DNA of 64,000 nt. Source: Cyanobacteria bacterium P01_A01_bin.123 (GTDB lineage: Bacteria > Cyanobacteriota > Cyanobacteriia > Phormidesmidales > Phormidesmidaceae). The translations under genes and the position numbers were made by a program. The stretch covers positions 137,244-201,243 of the forward strand of contig JBCBZT010000009.1 in NCBI GenBank assembly GCA_039815185.1. The letters run 5' to 3'. This document shows positions 20,101-30,696 of this stretch, piece by piece. The notes under the pieces are model-generated. The model was not told the DNA's origin, made no database searches, and saw only the letters and a program-made list of their open reading frames with translations. Each line of letters starts with the position of its first letter. Positions within the stretch are counted from its first letter, which is position 1.

Positions 20101-21055
20101 TAAATTCTAGGCAAACACCTTCTCGGTTGACGCGGGTGATCAGGTCAGGGATGGCCCTAATTAAAGCCTGCTGATGGGCTTCGCTTTGTTGGAGAGCGGC
20201 TTCTGATCGTTTACGATCGCTGATGTCAGTGATCGTTCCGATGTAACCGGTAATTTGCCCCTCAGCGTTGCGTTCGGCAACGGACTGCGTGTAGACCCAC
20301 CGCACCCCACCGTCAGAATGTTGAAACCGATATTCAAGTTGGAAGGGAGTATTCTCGCTAACCGATGCTTTCCATGCTGCGATCACTCGGAGACGATCAT
20401 CAGGATGAATCGCGCTTTGCCACTGATTTCCCAAGGCAACTTCTGGTGGGAAACCGCAAATCTGACAGCAGCGGTCGTTGATATAGACACAGTTGCCTGC
20501 TGGGTCGTGGCGAAAAATTCCCACCGGGATTGCTGCCAAGGAGAGATTGCTGGGTTCATTAGGTGTTATCTGGTTCCAGCGTTCTGCAGCATTGCACACG
20601 GAAAGCAAACTATCCTGCGTGACCAGACCCGCTAAGCCGTCTTGATCGTCCAAGATGGGCAAATGGTGAACGTGGTGGCTTTGCAGTAAACCAATGGCTG
20701 CAAATAGATCGATGAAGGCTGACTCCCTTAGCGTGGTCACATTTCGGCTCATGACCTGTCGCATAATCAGGGGAGTTTCCCCCGACGACGCGGGCGAGAT
20801 CAAGCGCCGTTGCTGGGCAACTAGGCATACAACATCTTGGGCCGTCAAAATGCCAGTCAATCGGTTGCCCTCGACCACCAGCACGCAGCTCGAACGCGTG
20901 TCTAGGGGGGCTTCATTTCCTGGCCCGGCTGATTGCCCGTTAGCCATTAGCGCGATCGCCTCCATGACGGGGGTTTCTGGCGAAACGACTAGGGGATTGC
21001 GAACAATCGCAGCGGTTAGCGTAGGCGAGGTGACATGTGCGGCGTGAGTGGACAT
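17156..21055 (-). CDS. Cytoplasmic CBS-pair / multi-PAS sensor histidine kinase
   Basis: N-terminal CBS pair, repeated PAS/PAC (DISDRK), H-box SVSHDLRAPLR, NLLQNAWKF, DDGAGF, GTGIGL. Confidence 0.95.
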   Translation of the reverse strand: MSTHAAHVTSPTLTAAIVRNPLVVSPETPVMEAIALMANGQSAGPGNEAPLDTRSSCVLVVEGNRLTGILTAQDVVCLVAQQRRLISPASSGETPLIMRQVMSRNVTTLRESAFIDLFAAIGLLQSHHVHHLPILDDQDGLAGLVTQDSLLSVCNAAERWNQITPNEPSNLSLAAIPVGIFRHDPAGNCVYINDRCCQICGFPPEVALGNQWQSAIHPDDRLRVIAAWKASVSENTPFQLEYRFQHSDGGVRWVYTQSVAERNAEGQITGYIGTITDISDRKRSEAALQQSEAHQQALIRAIPDLITRVNREGVCLEFISAPNFPLVGGSPADFVGVHISKSLPPAVARQRVATIQRALQTNTIEICEQDLSVDGSIQIEEVRIVPYGDDEVLTLVRDISDRKQAENRLLESEQRFRQAIANAPLPIMIHAEDGEVLQINSTWTELTGYTHSDIPTLQDWTQQAYGERAASVLETIMAKQYALKSRWDEGEFMITTRNGEQRIWQFSSAPLGLLPDGRRAVISMAADVTQHRQTELELRDSEAQSQAILATIPDLMFRVGADGIYRGFVGPYRDSAAVPKANDLPGQSLADVLPKALAEEQFRYVQQALQTNELQVYEQQLQIGDRIQDEEVRIIKSSDDEVLFMIRDISERKRLEAERNRAEIERSRAEQIRQELTLLEQVLDNVLAGYWDWDIPNHSEYLSPGFKRMFGYEDHELPNTPDSWQNLIFPEDLPKVLDCFNRHVQSRGKVPFASEVRYRHKDSSTVWVLCSGQVIEWDQAGNPLRMVGCHIDISQHKETEIALEASRAYYQGIIADQTELICRFLPNGTLTFVNDAYCQFFQKTPEDLLGQSFTPLIPNEDQDIPLQTFRSLSVNNPVATCEHRVIAPDGKIRWQQWSDRALFDPGGNFIEFQAVGRDITDLKEAEAALRESEARWQFALEGSGDGVWDWNLQTNTLFYSRQWKAMLGYAEDEIGDSLFEWDSRIHPDDKAQAYADTYQHFRGETIIYQNEHRLRCKDGSYKWILDRGQVIEWAAEGQPLRVIGTHTDITSRKQAEAQIQQYAAQLEASNRELEAFAYSVSHDLRAPLRAIDGFSKALLEDYGETFDEEGQDYFDRIRKNVTRMGMLIDDLLNLSRVSRSEIRYIKVDLTALVHELVAELQTLSPERHVDVVIAPEATVWADATLMRVMMTNLLQNAWKFTSHHPTARIEFGMVHQGGQSTYFVRDDGAGFDMAYAKMLFGVFQRLHGIHEFPGTGIGLATVQRAIHRHGGRVWAEGVVEQGATFYFTLPQYTFGKIGA

Positions 21056-21213
21056 GGATTTCTAGTTTTAGAAACTGGAAAGTCTACTGAACCGAGTTGA
21101 CAAGCTGATACAGGATCAAACTAATTTTTTCTGAAGCAATGCCCGTTTTGAGGCAATGCATACTTTTTCTTCAAGATAAAAACTTAAGTCTTCGAATCTA
21201 TCGAGTTGGTGCC

Positions 21214-22917
21214 TCAATCTACAGCATCAACAACTTGAGCTGTGGAGGTCTCAGGATCACGCCAAAATGTCAGCCGATCGCTGATCGGTTGCAGCACGGT
21301 ACCGGGATAGTAAAACTGCAAAATGCGATCGCTGGGCCAGCCTAATTCCCCCAAATGGTAGGTTCCGGTTTGGCTCATGCCGACGCCGTGTCCCCAACCC
21401 CCACCGACAAAGGCATAGCCCTTGAGAACAGGTTCAGGTGCTGTTTCCCCGTCAACGACTGGCGGAGCTGCTTCATACGTTGGGTCTAGATAGAACAGCA
21501 GGCTTTTGGGGCCATAGAGGGCACGGATAATTTCGTCTTTTTCAAGTTCGACAGTACCCAAATCGGTTTGGATGGCCAATCGCTGGACGCGACCGCCTGG
21601 TGCTCGCTCAATCACCTGAAGCTGTCCCATGTAGGTAAATCCGGCGAGGGGATGCTGACGGTTGTTGAGATATTCTTTGAGTTCACGACTAATCTCGGCT
21701 AGAGTACTCTCTCGCCGCCAGCGAAACAGCTCCCAATCTTCTTCGTTAAATCCGGTTTCTAGGGCCAAAAACGCCCGTAGGTTTTGTTCATCAGATAGGG
21801 GGTATTGGTTCAAATCCCAAGCGTTTTGTACCGAGTCAACCACCGAACGCAAATAGGGTCGATCGGGGCCATTCCAGACGTCGCTAAAGCGGGCCGTAAC
21901 CCCCCCGGTTGTTGATGAATACAGGGCATCCACTAATTCGTCTTCATAGGTCAATACCTGGCCTCGCGTTGCCGCGATCGCCTGATCGGCAACTGTGGCC
22001 GTACCGCCTAACCCCCAATACACCTGACACTGAGTATCGGCACACAGTTCGTAGTCATCGATTGTAAAGCGGCGCAGGTTGCGCAGGGCATAGGTACGGG
22101 CCAAAATCGCCTGGGCTTCAATTGCGGTGCGGGGAGCACTGGGGCCGATCTCATGGGGTACAACCCCCCGCAAATAGGTTTCAATCGGCACGTCGTTGAC
22201 CAGGGTGTAGGTGCCGTAGGCATTGGGTTGGAGTTGCAAGGTGCCGCCGTAAAGCTTGCGATCGCGCTGTCTTGCCCCGGCAATCACCCGAATCCGTTGA
22301 TTGGCGCTGTTAATCTCGATGCGATCGCGGTTGTAGCGATAGCCATTGGCCACAAACGAAGCCTTCGGGACTGCATCCAGCACATGGGTATCGAGATAAA
22401 CCCGGTTTAACCCCTGGCCGCGCAAATTTCGCAACAAGAGACGACGCAAGAGGGGCGTGCTGTATACCTCGCGCTTGGCCCAAACTTCCCAACCGTCAGG
22501 CTGGGCAATTTCGGTTTCAATGCCGCGATCGCGCCACTGGTTAGCACTGTCTTCAGCACTTTCAAAACTGCGGTGGGTGCTCAACACCAGCTGTTCTTGG
22601 AGGGCAGGTTTAGCCAAGGGCACCGTTACCATATCTAAGGTTAGTCGATTGGTGGCAACTGCCTCAGCTTGTCCGTTGGTTTCAAAACTGACCGTCAAGC
22701 GATCGCCTGTCAGCGGCTCGATCACCAGCGTGTCGGTCGCCTCCTCACCAAAGCGCTGCACCACGCCCACTTCAATCACTGGGTTTTGTGGTGCTTGGGC
22801 CACAACTGGCGTCGCGACACCGATTCCCAAGGCTATCGGCATCAACAAATTCAATCCGCTTTGCAGTCGCCGCTGCAACACATGACTCGTTCTTGGCACC
22901 AGATTAACTCCCAACAA
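21214..22917 (-). CDS. SpoIID/LytB-domain protein
   Basis: ETYLRGVVPHE, EAQAILARTYA, CADTQCQVY, GWGHGVGMSQ, ILQFYYPG. Confidence 0.92.
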   Translation of the reverse strand: MLGVNLVPRTSHVLQRRLQSGLNLLMPIALGIGVATPVVAQAPQNPVIEVGVVQRFGEEATDTLVIEPLTGDRLTVSFETNGQAEAVATNRLTLDMVTVPLAKPALQEQLVLSTHRSFESAEDSANQWRDRGIETEIAQPDGWEVWAKREVYSTPLLRRLLLRNLRGQGLNRVYLDTHVLDAVPKASFVANGYRYNRDRIEINSANQRIRVIAGARQRDRKLYGGTLQLQPNAYGTYTLVNDVPIETYLRGVVPHEIGPSAPRTAIEAQAILARTYALRNLRRFTIDDYELCADTQCQVYWGLGGTATVADQAIAATRGQVLTYEDELVDALYSSTTGGVTARFSDVWNGPDRPYLRSVVDSVQNAWDLNQYPLSDEQNLRAFLALETGFNEEDWELFRWRRESTLAEISRELKEYLNNRQHPLAGFTYMGQLQVIERAPGGRVQRLAIQTDLGTVELEKDEIIRALYGPKSLLFYLDPTYEAAPPVVDGETAPEPVLKGYAFVGGGWGHGVGMSQTGTYHLGELGWPSDRILQFYYPGTVLQPISDRLTFWRDPETSTAQVVDAVD

Positions 22918-23170
22918 AATTCCTCAATCGTGTTCTAGTCGACCCATCAGATTAAGGATAATTCCTCTCAACGGAGCACACCTTAGCAAAGCCTAACCTA
23001 CTCTGCCAAAACTTATGATGCTGACAGGATTCAATCAACATCGAAAAATTGGCACAAAACAAAAAATAGCGAGACTGCCGTAGCGGCTCAGGCGGTATCC
23101 TGCCAACGGCTTACGACAAATTTTCCCGGTCATGATATTCCTATAGAGGTCAGGCCCAACCTCAACTTTC

Positions 23171-24604
23171 ATGGCTCTCTCCCGTCCTCGAAAAATTTCG
23201 CGATCGCCCAGTCGTAAGCTTTCCATTCGCTGGTTTGAAAAGGTGATGGCGTTGATTGCGCTGATCAACCTTTGCCTGGTGGTGTTTGACCTGAGCTACA
23301 TTCGCTTCCGGGATTTTTATCTGCGCTATTTTCCAGAATTGACCCAACAATACGGCGAACGCTACAAAGGCATCGAACCCGAACGGTCGACCGTTGCCTA
23401 TTTAGAGATCGTCGATAATTTAGAAGACCAGGTCACCCAAACCGGGCTCCAGTCTATCCAGGCCGAGACCCTGCTGTCCCAACTGCAAGAACAAAGCAAC
23501 GCGCTGATTGACGAAAATCCTTTCCAGGTGGCCGATAAGTCGGGCACCCTAGAGCGGATTAAAAACCTGATGCGCGATCGCATCGGCACCGATTCTTCTA
23601 AAGAAGCCTTCCGACGATTTTGGAGTGCACAATACCTGAGCCGACAAGACGACAGCAGCGGCATTGACTTTTTTAACGAAGAAATCAGGCCGCTGATGGA
23701 AACCAACTATTTTCGTGGGATTGGAGAAGACGGTGGCCCCTTAGACCTGTTTTGGAAACTCGATCGCTGGTTTGTTGCCATCTTTGCTGTAGAGCTTTTG
23801 CTGCGGACCCTGTACCTATCTCGGAAATATAAAGGTGTTAACTGGCTCGATGCCATTATCTGGCGTTGGTACGACGTTTTGCTGTTGTTGCCCTTTTGGC
23901 GTTGGCTACGAATTTTTCCCGTGATTGTGCGGATCAACCAGTCGAAGCTGATCAACCTTGAACCGCTTCGTAACCGCATTAATCGTATCTTTCTCTCTCA
24001 GCTCGCGGTCGAACTGACTGAAGTCGTGGTGCTGCGAATTATCGACCAATTTCAAAACCTTTTGCAGGAAGGGAAGCTCAGCAGTTGGTTATTTAATGCT
24101 GGCTCCAGTCAACGCTACGTCGATCTCAACGGCGTTGACGAAATTCAAACGATTTCTCAGCGGGTCACATCCGTGCTGCTTTATCAGGTACTTCCCCAAG
24201 TCAAACCCGAAATTGACACCATCGTCCAGCACAGCTTGACCAGTGCCTTTAACCAATCCCCAGCCTATGAGGGGTTCCAGCGTTTACCAGGGATTGGCAA
24301 CCTACCCGACCAAATCAGCCGTCGGATTGCCGCTGAAGTCACCCAAAATCTCTACAACGCCGTTATCAATGCCCTAGAAGATAGTCGCGGAGCCGAATTG
24401 ACCCAAAAACTAGTGACCAGCTTTACCGAGAACCTCCGCGAAGAGATCCAAAAAGAAGACACGCTTGATGAAATTCAGGCCTTGGTTGTGGAGTTGTTGG
24501 ACGAAGTGAAAATCAACTACGTGAAGCAGCTGCCTGATGAGGACATTGATCGGTTGCAGCAGCAAACCCAGCGGTTCTATGGCGCGACTCAGCGAGGAAA
24601 GTAG
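23171..24604 (+). CDS. Conserved cyanobacterial membrane protein of unknown function
   Basis: 477 aa with several TM segments and a helical C-terminus. Confidence 0.85.
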   Translation: MALSRPRKISRSPSRKLSIRWFEKVMALIALINLCLVVFDLSYIRFRDFYLRYFPELTQQYGERYKGIEPERSTVAYLEIVDNLEDQVTQTGLQSIQAETLLSQLQEQSNALIDENPFQVADKSGTLERIKNLMRDRIGTDSSKEAFRRFWSAQYLSRQDDSSGIDFFNEEIRPLMETNYFRGIGEDGGPLDLFWKLDRWFVAIFAVELLLRTLYLSRKYKGVNWLDAIIWRWYDVLLLLPFWRWLRIFPVIVRINQSKLINLEPLRNRINRIFLSQLAVELTEVVVLRIIDQFQNLLQEGKLSSWLFNAGSSQRYVDLNGVDEIQTISQRVTSVLLYQVLPQVKPEIDTIVQHSLTSAFNQSPAYEGFQRLPGIGNLPDQISRRIAAEVTQNLYNAVINALEDSRGAELTQKLVTSFTENLREEIQKEDTLDEIQALVVELLDEVKINYVKQLPDEDIDRLQQQTQRFYGATQRGK

Positions 24605-24805
24605 AAGGATGGGGAGATGGGAGAAAACTGGAATGGTAAATGGGTGGCCCTACGATCTAAAATCGCAAGTCTAAAATCCAAAATGCCAAAATGATTGATA
24701 TAGAAATATAGAAGTTGTCACTTGGGGAGAATCCTGCGCTACACTATGCATTGCAGTTGGCGGTCACCGATCGCTGATTGTCCCAGGTCAAATTGATTTC
24801 GTGGG

Positions 24806-24836
24806 AAGTGGGCGAATTTCACCCACTTTTTTTATT
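24806..24836 (+). promoter_or_regulatory. rimP leader hairpin with U-tract (attenuator-like)
   Basis: AAGTGGG-CGAATTTCA-CCCACTT followed by a T run just before the rimP ATG; matches the AGTGGG/CCCACT rimP leader pattern. Confidence 0.7.
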
Positions 24837-24849
24837 GGAAATTGGTCAA

Positions 24850-25317
24850 ATGACTCATCCCCTTGTGCCCCATATTCTTGAACTGGCGGCCCCGGTTGCT
24901 GAAAGCTTGGGGCTAGAAGTGGTTCATGCGGTGTTTCAAACCAATCAGTCTCCCCCGGTGCTGCGGATTGACGTTCGCAATATCAACCAGGAAGATACAG
25001 GGCTTGATGACTGCGAACGCATGAGTACAGCTTTAGACACAGTGTTGGATGCCAGTGAAATTGTGCCAGATGCTTATGTCCTAGAAGTTTCCAGTCCTGG
25101 GGTATCTGAGCAGCTCAGTCGCGATCGCGACTTTATAGTCTTCAAAGGATTTCCGGTAGAAGTGGTGTTGAGCGAACCCCACCGCGGCAAGCGTGAATGG
25201 CTGGGCAAACTCAATGGACGGGATGACGCATCCGTTTATCTCAATCGTAAGGGTAAAGCGATTGCCCTACCCCGCGAGCTGGTTCAGCTTGTCCAACTTA
25301 GCAACCACGAAGAATGA
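24850..25317 (+). CDS. rimP: Ribosome maturation factor RimP
   Basis: MTHPL...LDDCERMS...YVLEVSSPG...F.GFPV; first gene before nusA. Confidence 0.95.
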   Translation: MTHPLVPHILELAAPVAESLGLEVVHAVFQTNQSPPVLRIDVRNINQEDTGLDDCERMSTALDTVLDASEIVPDAYVLEVSSPGVSEQLSRDRDFIVFKGFPVEVVLSEPHRGKREWLGKLNGRDDASVYLNRKGKAIALPRELVQLVQLSNHEE

Positions 25318-25348
25318 GGATATTAGCTTATGGCAGGCGTTACCCCTT

Positions 25349-25390
25349 GATTCAGGAGTCAGAAGTCACAACGCTTCTGACTCCTGAATC
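25349..25390. repeat. 17-bp inverted repeat between rimP and nusA
   Basis: GATTCAGGAGTCAGAAG-N8-CTTCTGACTCCTGAATC. Confidence 0.7.
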
Positions 25391-25455
25391 TACTGGCCAT
25401 TTACAACTTAAGCCAATCCCCAATTCCCCCATTACACTTCCTAGAGGTTTAGCCC

Positions 25456-26985
25456 ATGTCTATGGTCAACTTGCCCAATTTGCAGGAAATGATCGAAGAA
25501 ATTAGTCGTACCAAAAACCTGCCTGAGCATGCGGTCAAAAATGCACTGCGGGAAGCGCTACTGAAGGGCTACGAGCGCTATCGCCGCACCCTCCGTATGG
25601 ACAGTTCCCAATTTGATGAAACCTACTTTGAAAATTTTGATGTTGAACTTGATCCAGAAGGAGAAGGGTTCCGCGTCTTGGCCACCAAAACCATTGTTGA
25701 AGCTATTGATAATGGCGATCACCAGATCGCTCTAGCTGAGGTTATCGAAGTGGCTCCTGAGGCTCAAGTGGGCGATACCGTAGTCTTAGATGTTACCCCA
25801 GAACAGCGAGATTTTGGCCGCATGGCTGCGATTCAAACCAAGCAGGTACTAGCCCAGAAGCTGCGGGATCAACAGCGCAAACTGATCCAAGAAGAATTTC
25901 AAGAGTTGGAAGGCTCCATACTTCAAGCGCGAGTGCTGCGGTTTGAGCGTCAGTCTGTGATTATGGCCGTCAATAGTGGTTATGGCCAACCCGATGTCGA
26001 AGCCGAACTGCTCAAGCGCGACCAACTCCCCAATGACAATTATCGTGCCAATGCTACGTTTCGGGTGGCACTCAAGCGGGTCTCAGAAGGGTCTCACCGG
26101 GGGCCACAACTCCTAGTTTCCCGCGCCGATGCCGGACTTGTCGTTGAGCTCTTTTCTACAGAAGTCCCGGAAATTGAGGACGAGGTTGTACGCATCGTGG
26201 CCGTAGCCCGCGAAGCCAATCCCCCGTCTCGCTCGGTTGGGCCCCGTACCAAAATTGCGGTCGACACCCTCGAACGCGATGTGGATCCAGTGGGGGCCTG
26301 CATTGGTGCTCGGGGGTCTCGAATTCAGGTGGTCGTGAATGAACTCCGGGGCGAGAAAATTGACGTTATTCGCTGGTCTCCTGACCCTGCAACCTACATT
26401 GCCAACGCCCTGAGCCCAGCGCGGGTGGATGAAGTGCGGTTAATGAACTCAGAAGAGCGCCAAGCCCACGTTTTAGTCCCTGAAGATCAGCTCAGTTTAG
26501 CGATTGGTCGAGAAGGGCAAAACGTTCGCCTAGCGGCCCGGTTGACAGGTTGGAAAATCGACATCAAAGATTCAGCTAAATATGACTATGACGCTGAAGA
26601 TGCTAAGGCCGAAGCCCTAAGGGCCGAGCGGGAAGCAGCGGCCGAGGCTGCCGCCGCCGCTCAAGCTGAAGCCGAAGCCGAAGCCGCCGAGGCAGCAGCT
26701 TGGGCAGCCCAAGCTGCTGCTGCTCAAGCCGAAGCGGCATCGATAGCGTCAGCCGATGCCGTTGAAGTGGACACGACTGAGGAGATTGATGCAGTAGACG
26801 AAGCTGCTCAAGGGCCAGATGCTTTGTCCGCCGAACCAGAAGAGGCTGAAGAACCAGAAGAATTGGCTGCATTAGACGAGGAAACTGCCCTAGACGACCC
26901 AGATGAAGACCTCGATGAAGACCCAGATGAAGACCCAGATGAAGACCCAGATGAAGACCCAGATGAAGACCTCGATGAAGACTAA
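25456..26985 (+). CDS. nusA: Transcription termination/antitermination factor NusA
   Basis: FGRMAAIQTKQV, VDPVGACIGARGSRI, LSLAIGREGQNVRLAARLTGWKIDI. Confidence 0.97.
   Translation: MSMVNLPNLQEMIEEISRTKNLPEHAVKNALREALLKGYERYRRTLRMDSSQFDETYFENFDVELDPEGEGFRVLATKTIVEAIDNGDHQIALAEVIEVAPEAQVGDTVVLDVTPEQRDFGRMAAIQTKQVLAQKLRDQQRKLIQEEFQELEGSILQARVLRFERQSVIMAVNSGYGQPDVEAELLKRDQLPNDNYRANATFRVALKRVSEGSHRGPQLLVSRADAGLVVELFSTEVPEIEDEVVRIVAVAREANPPSRSVGPRTKIAVDTLERDVDPVGACIGARGSRIQVVVNELRGEKIDVIRWSPDPATYIANALSPARVDEVRLMNSEERQAHVLVPEDQLSLAIGREGQNVRLAARLTGWKIDIKDSAKYDYDAEDAKAEALRAEREAAAEAAAAAQAEAEAEAAEAAAWAAQAAAAQAEAASIASADAVEVDTTEEIDAVDEAAQGPDALSAEPEEAEEPEELAALDEETALDDPDEDLDEDPDEDPDEDPDEDPDEDLDED
26896..26982 (+). 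repeat. 12-bp coding tandem repeat at the nusA 3' end
   Basis: GAC(CCA/CTC)GATGAA x7, encoding D(P/L)DE. Confidence 0.9.
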
Positions 26986-26996
26986 GCTTAAAGCCT

Positions 26997-27263
26997 ATGG
27001 AACCCAATATCCGGCGCTGCATTAGCTGTCGTCGTCTTGCCCCCAAAGCGTCATTTTGGCGCATTGTTAAACGCTATCCCGCAGGAACGATAGAATTAGA
27101 TCAGGGGATGGGGCGGTCAGCCTATTTGTGTCCAACCAAAGATTGTCTTCGCGTAGCGCAAAAAAAGAATCGCTTGGCGCGATCGCTTAAAGCGAAGGTT
27201 TCTCCTGAAATCTATGGCGTGCTTTGGAGCCGATTGCAAACTGATCACCTTGACCTCATCTGA
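26997..27263 (+). CDS. ylxR: YlxR/DUF448 family RNA-binding protein
   Basis: RRCISCR...GRSAYLCP...C; position between nusA and infB. Confidence 0.92.
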   Translation: MEPNIRRCISCRRLAPKASFWRIVKRYPAGTIELDQGMGRSAYLCPTKDCLRVAQKKNRLARSLKAKVSPEIYGVLWSRLQTDHLDLI

Positions 27264-27650
27264 ATCCGTTTACCATTACGCAGCTTCAAGTTCGCTAATG
27301 CTTAGCTTTGAAGTTCGCCAACGCTCAACCCAGGATTCAGCGAGTTAATAGATGTTACTGGAGGCAGGGTATTTGCCAAGCCAACCTTTAATGTTTTGAG
27401 TGCGGGGCAATCGGTTCTACTTGGGATGAACCATCTATGATCCCGGCCTAAGTGCGTCTCATCAAATGTGCATAGGGGTAAAAAGCACTATCAGCTTGTG
27501 GAAGCAATTCTGTTTCCAGCCTGCTATGCTGAAGTTCCAACGAATAATCCAAGGGGAGTTGATGGCTTTCTAATTACTGATTTCGTAGCGATGTAGTTTC
27601 GTGAGAGCAGTGACCATTATGTAACGACAAGGCTTTAGAGAGGGAAACGG

Positions 27651-30600
27651 ATGAACAACGGCAAAGTTAGGATTTATGAACTATCGAAGGAGCTGAATCT
27701 GGAAAACAAAGACATTCTTGTTATCTGCGATCGTCTGAGCATTTCTGTCAAGAGTCATAGCAGCACAATTACAGAAGAGGAGGCAGCCCAGATTCGATCG
27801 GCTGCCAGTAAGTATAGTGCAAGCAATGTGGGTGCCAGGCGTGTCGCAAAGCCGGTTAAGCCCGAGAAACGCAGTAGTGCCCGCCCGCCGGTTCGTAAAC
27901 AGCAGATTCTAGAAATTCGCCGTCATAAGTCCAGTCAACCTCAGCCCCCAGAGCCTCCCCCTACGCCGGAGCCCGCTAATCCCCACCCAGCCGAATTGAC
28001 CGCAGTGGGGCGTAATAACGATAGCCCTGTTGCACCCTCCCCGGTGCGGCCAGTCCCTCGGCCCGCTAGCCCGGTCAATAAGAGGACAGTCCCCAAACCA
28101 ACGAAGGTCGAAGCGCCCAAGCCTAATCGGCCTCAAGCTGCCACACCCACAACGGCAGTAGAACATCCAGCTCCTCAACCACCAGCCAGTCTTGAGTCAG
28201 CCACCCAGGAGGAAATCAAGCCCAGAGCTTCGTCTCTGGTATCTCCCCCATCTCGCCCGGTCAAGCCTAGCCCGTCTCGCCCTGTTTCAACATCATCTGA
28301 AGGCAGGCAGAGCCCGATGCCCAAGCGCCGAGAGCTAGTTCCGGCAAGAGCATCTGCACAGTCCCCTTCACCGAACGCGCCGATCCCCATTACTGAGGTA
28401 GATGACGACGGCGAACCAGTGCGTTTGAAACCCAAGCCTAAGCTCAAGCGACCCAAGACTGAGCCGGTTCAAACCGATCAAGACGTCGTTGATCCTACTC
28501 AAGAGGAGTCTGCAAGTGAGGTTCCTAGTCTTGGCGATGGCGATGACTTGCTAATTCTTAGACGCCCTAGTCCACCGCGCACACCATCTAAGCGGAAATC
28601 CCGTGAAGAAGAAGAGAATGACGATCAAGAAATGCGGCGGGCAAATAAGGGGCCCAAAACCAAACAGCGACGTGCTCAGGCTGCCGATGAAGACGAAGAT
28701 CTAGATGAAGTGCTTGACCAGGGTGATGTTGATTTAGCACCTGCCCAACTTAGTCTTTCTCTGGCTCGTCCTAGTAGACCCAAGTCAAAGTCTGCACCTA
28801 CTTCTAGACCCGCTGCGACCAGTGCGCCCCCCAAGCGCCGTACTGGGAATAGTCAGGACAATTCTAGAAATCAGCGCCGTCGAGAGCAGGTTGAAGAGCC
28901 AGCCCGGCCAGAAAAGCTGGTGCTGACCTCAGGGCTGAGTGTGCATGAATTGGCCAATCGCATTTCTGTCCCAGAAACAGAGATTATCAAGTCTTTGTTC
29001 TTCAAAGGCATTGCCACCAATATCAACCAAACTCTAGACATCCCCACGGCGACGATGGTGGCTGAGGAGTTTGAGATTGAAGTAGAAACTGCCGAAGTTG
29101 AATCAGAGGCTCGAAAAGTTACGGAGATGTTGGATGTGGCCGATTTGGAAAATCTCCAACGTCGCCCACCTGTGGTTACGATTATGGGCCATGTTGACCA
29201 CGGTAAAACGACTCTGCTCGATTCTATTCGTAAAACTAAGGTCGCCCAAGGGGAAGCCGGAGGCATCACCCAGCATATCGGGGCTTACCACGTTGATGTA
29301 GAACATGGGGAGCAATCTCAGCAGATTGTCTTTCTGGATACGCCGGGTCACGAAGCATTTACAGCCATGCGTGCTCGAGGAACGCGGGTGACTGATATTG
29401 CCATCCTGGTTGTGGCTGCCGATGATGGGGTACGGCCCCAGACCATTGAGGCAATTAGCCACGCGAAAGCGGCGGGGGTACCTTTGATTGTGGCGATCAA
29501 TAAGATCGACAAAGAGAGTGCCCAACCTGACCGGGTGAAGCAAGAACTCATGGAATACCAGTTGGTTCCTGAAGAATGGGGCGGCGACACCATCATGGTA
29601 CCTGTCAGTGCCCTCAACAACGAGAATCTAGACGACCTGCTAGAAATGGTGCTGCTGGTATCTGAGGTCGAAGATCTCCATGCCAACCCCGATCGGGCTG
29701 CTCGTGGAACCGTGATTGAAGCCAATCTAGACAAAGCTCGGGGGCCGGTTGCTACCCTACTGGTGCAAAATGGCACGCTAAAGATTGGTGATTCTCTAGT
29801 CGTGGGTTCGGTCTTTGGTAAGGTTAGGGCGATGATTGACGACCGCGGCGATCGCGTGAGTGTGGCCTCTCCTTCCTTTGCTGTCGAGGTTTTGGGTCTC
29901 AATGATGTCCCCGCAGCCGGTGATGAGTTCGAAGTCTTTGCAGATGAAAAGCAAGCCCGATCTGTGGCTAGCGATCGCGCCGATAGTCAGCGTCAATCTC
30001 GTCTGCAGCGGGCGATGGCATCCCGTCGTGTGACGCTCAACACGCTCTCAGCCCAGGCCCAAGAGGGTGAACTGAAAGAACTCAACCTGCTGCTCAAGGC
30101 TGATGTCCAAGGATCGCTTGAAGCCATCTTGGGTGCCCTACAACAGCTGCCCCAAGACGAAGTCCAAATTCGAGTCTTGCTCGCAGCCCCAGGGGAAATC
30201 TCAGAGACTGATGTTGACCTAGCGGCGGCTAGTAGCGCGGTCATTATTGGCTTTAATACCACCCTTGCCTCTGGTGCAAGGCAAGCTGCCGATCAAGCTG
30301 GTGTTGATGTGCGTGATTACGACATCATCTACAAGCTGCTAGAAGACATTCAAGGTGCAATGGAAGGTCTGCTAGAGCCTGAACTAGTCGAAGAACCTCT
30401 GGGACAGGTGGATGTTCGTGCGGTCTTCCCCGTACGTAAGGGATTTGTAGCCGGCTGCTATGTCCTCTCGGGCAAGGTTAGTCGCAACTGTCGCATTCGG
30501 GTTGTCCGAGACGGCGGCATTCTTTTTGAGGGCAATCTCGATTCGTTAAAACGGATGAAGGAAGATGCCAAAGAAGTGGCTGCTGGATTTGAGTGCGGGA

Positions 30601-30692
30601 TTAGGGTAGATAGCTTTAACGACTGGAAAGAAGGCGATAAGATTGAAGCCTTCAAGCTTGTGAGTAAGCGTCGCACCCTAGCCATGGCCTAA
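27651..30692 (+). CDS. infB: Translation initiation factor IF-2
   Basis: [46 protein letters not shown]. Confidence 0.98.
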   Translation: MNNGKVRIYELSKELNLENKDILVICDRLSISVKSHSSTITEEEAAQIRSAASKYSASNVGARRVAKPVKPEKRSSARPPVRKQQILEIRRHKSSQPQPPEPPPTPEPANPHPAELTAVGRNNDSPVAPSPVRPVPRPASPVNKRTVPKPTKVEAPKPNRPQAATPTTAVEHPAPQPPASLESATQEEIKPRASSLVSPPSRPVKPSPSRPVSTSSEGRQSPMPKRRELVPARASAQSPSPNAPIPITEVDDDGEPVRLKPKPKLKRPKTEPVQTDQDVVDPTQEESASEVPSLGDGDDLLILRRPSPPRTPSKRKSREEEENDDQEMRRANKGPKTKQRRAQAADEDEDLDEVLDQGDVDLAPAQLSLSLARPSRPKSKSAPTSRPAATSAPPKRRTGNSQDNSRNQRRREQVEEPARPEKLVLTSGLSVHELANRISVPETEIIKSLFFKGIATNINQTLDIPTATMVAEEFEIEVETAEVESEARKVTEMLDVADLENLQRRPPVVTIMGHVDHGKTTLLDSIRKTKVAQGEAGGITQHIGAYHVDVEHGEQSQQIVFLDTPGHEAFTAMRARGTRVTDIAILVVAADDGVRPQTIEAISHAKAAGVPLIVAINKIDKESAQPDRVKQELMEYQLVPEEWGGDTIMVPVSALNNENLDDLLEMVLLVSEVEDLHANPDRAARGTVIEANLDKARGPVATLLVQNGTLKIGDSLVVGSVFGKVRAMIDDRGDRVSVASPSFAVEVLGLNDVPAAGDEFEVFADEKQARSVASDRADSQRQSRLQRAMASRRVTLNTLSAQAQEGELKELNLLLKADVQGSLEAILGALQQLPQDEVQIRVLLAAPGEISETDVDLAAASSAVIIGFNTTLASGARQAADQAGVDVRDYDIIYKLLEDIQGAMEGLLEPELVEEPLGQVDVRAVFPVRKGFVAGCYVLSGKVSRNCRIRVVRDGGILFEGNLDSLKRMKEDAKEVAAGFECGIRVDSFNDWKEGDKIEAFKLVSKRRTLAMA

Positions 30693-30696
30693 AGCA

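Noticed and set aside
24778..24849. N-terminal extension of RimP in the ORF track
   Set aside because: Overlaps the leader hairpin; the conserved start is MTHPL at 24850.
26896..26982. Possible CRISPR array
   Set aside because: Contiguous 12-bp coding repeats without spacers; no cas genes in the window.
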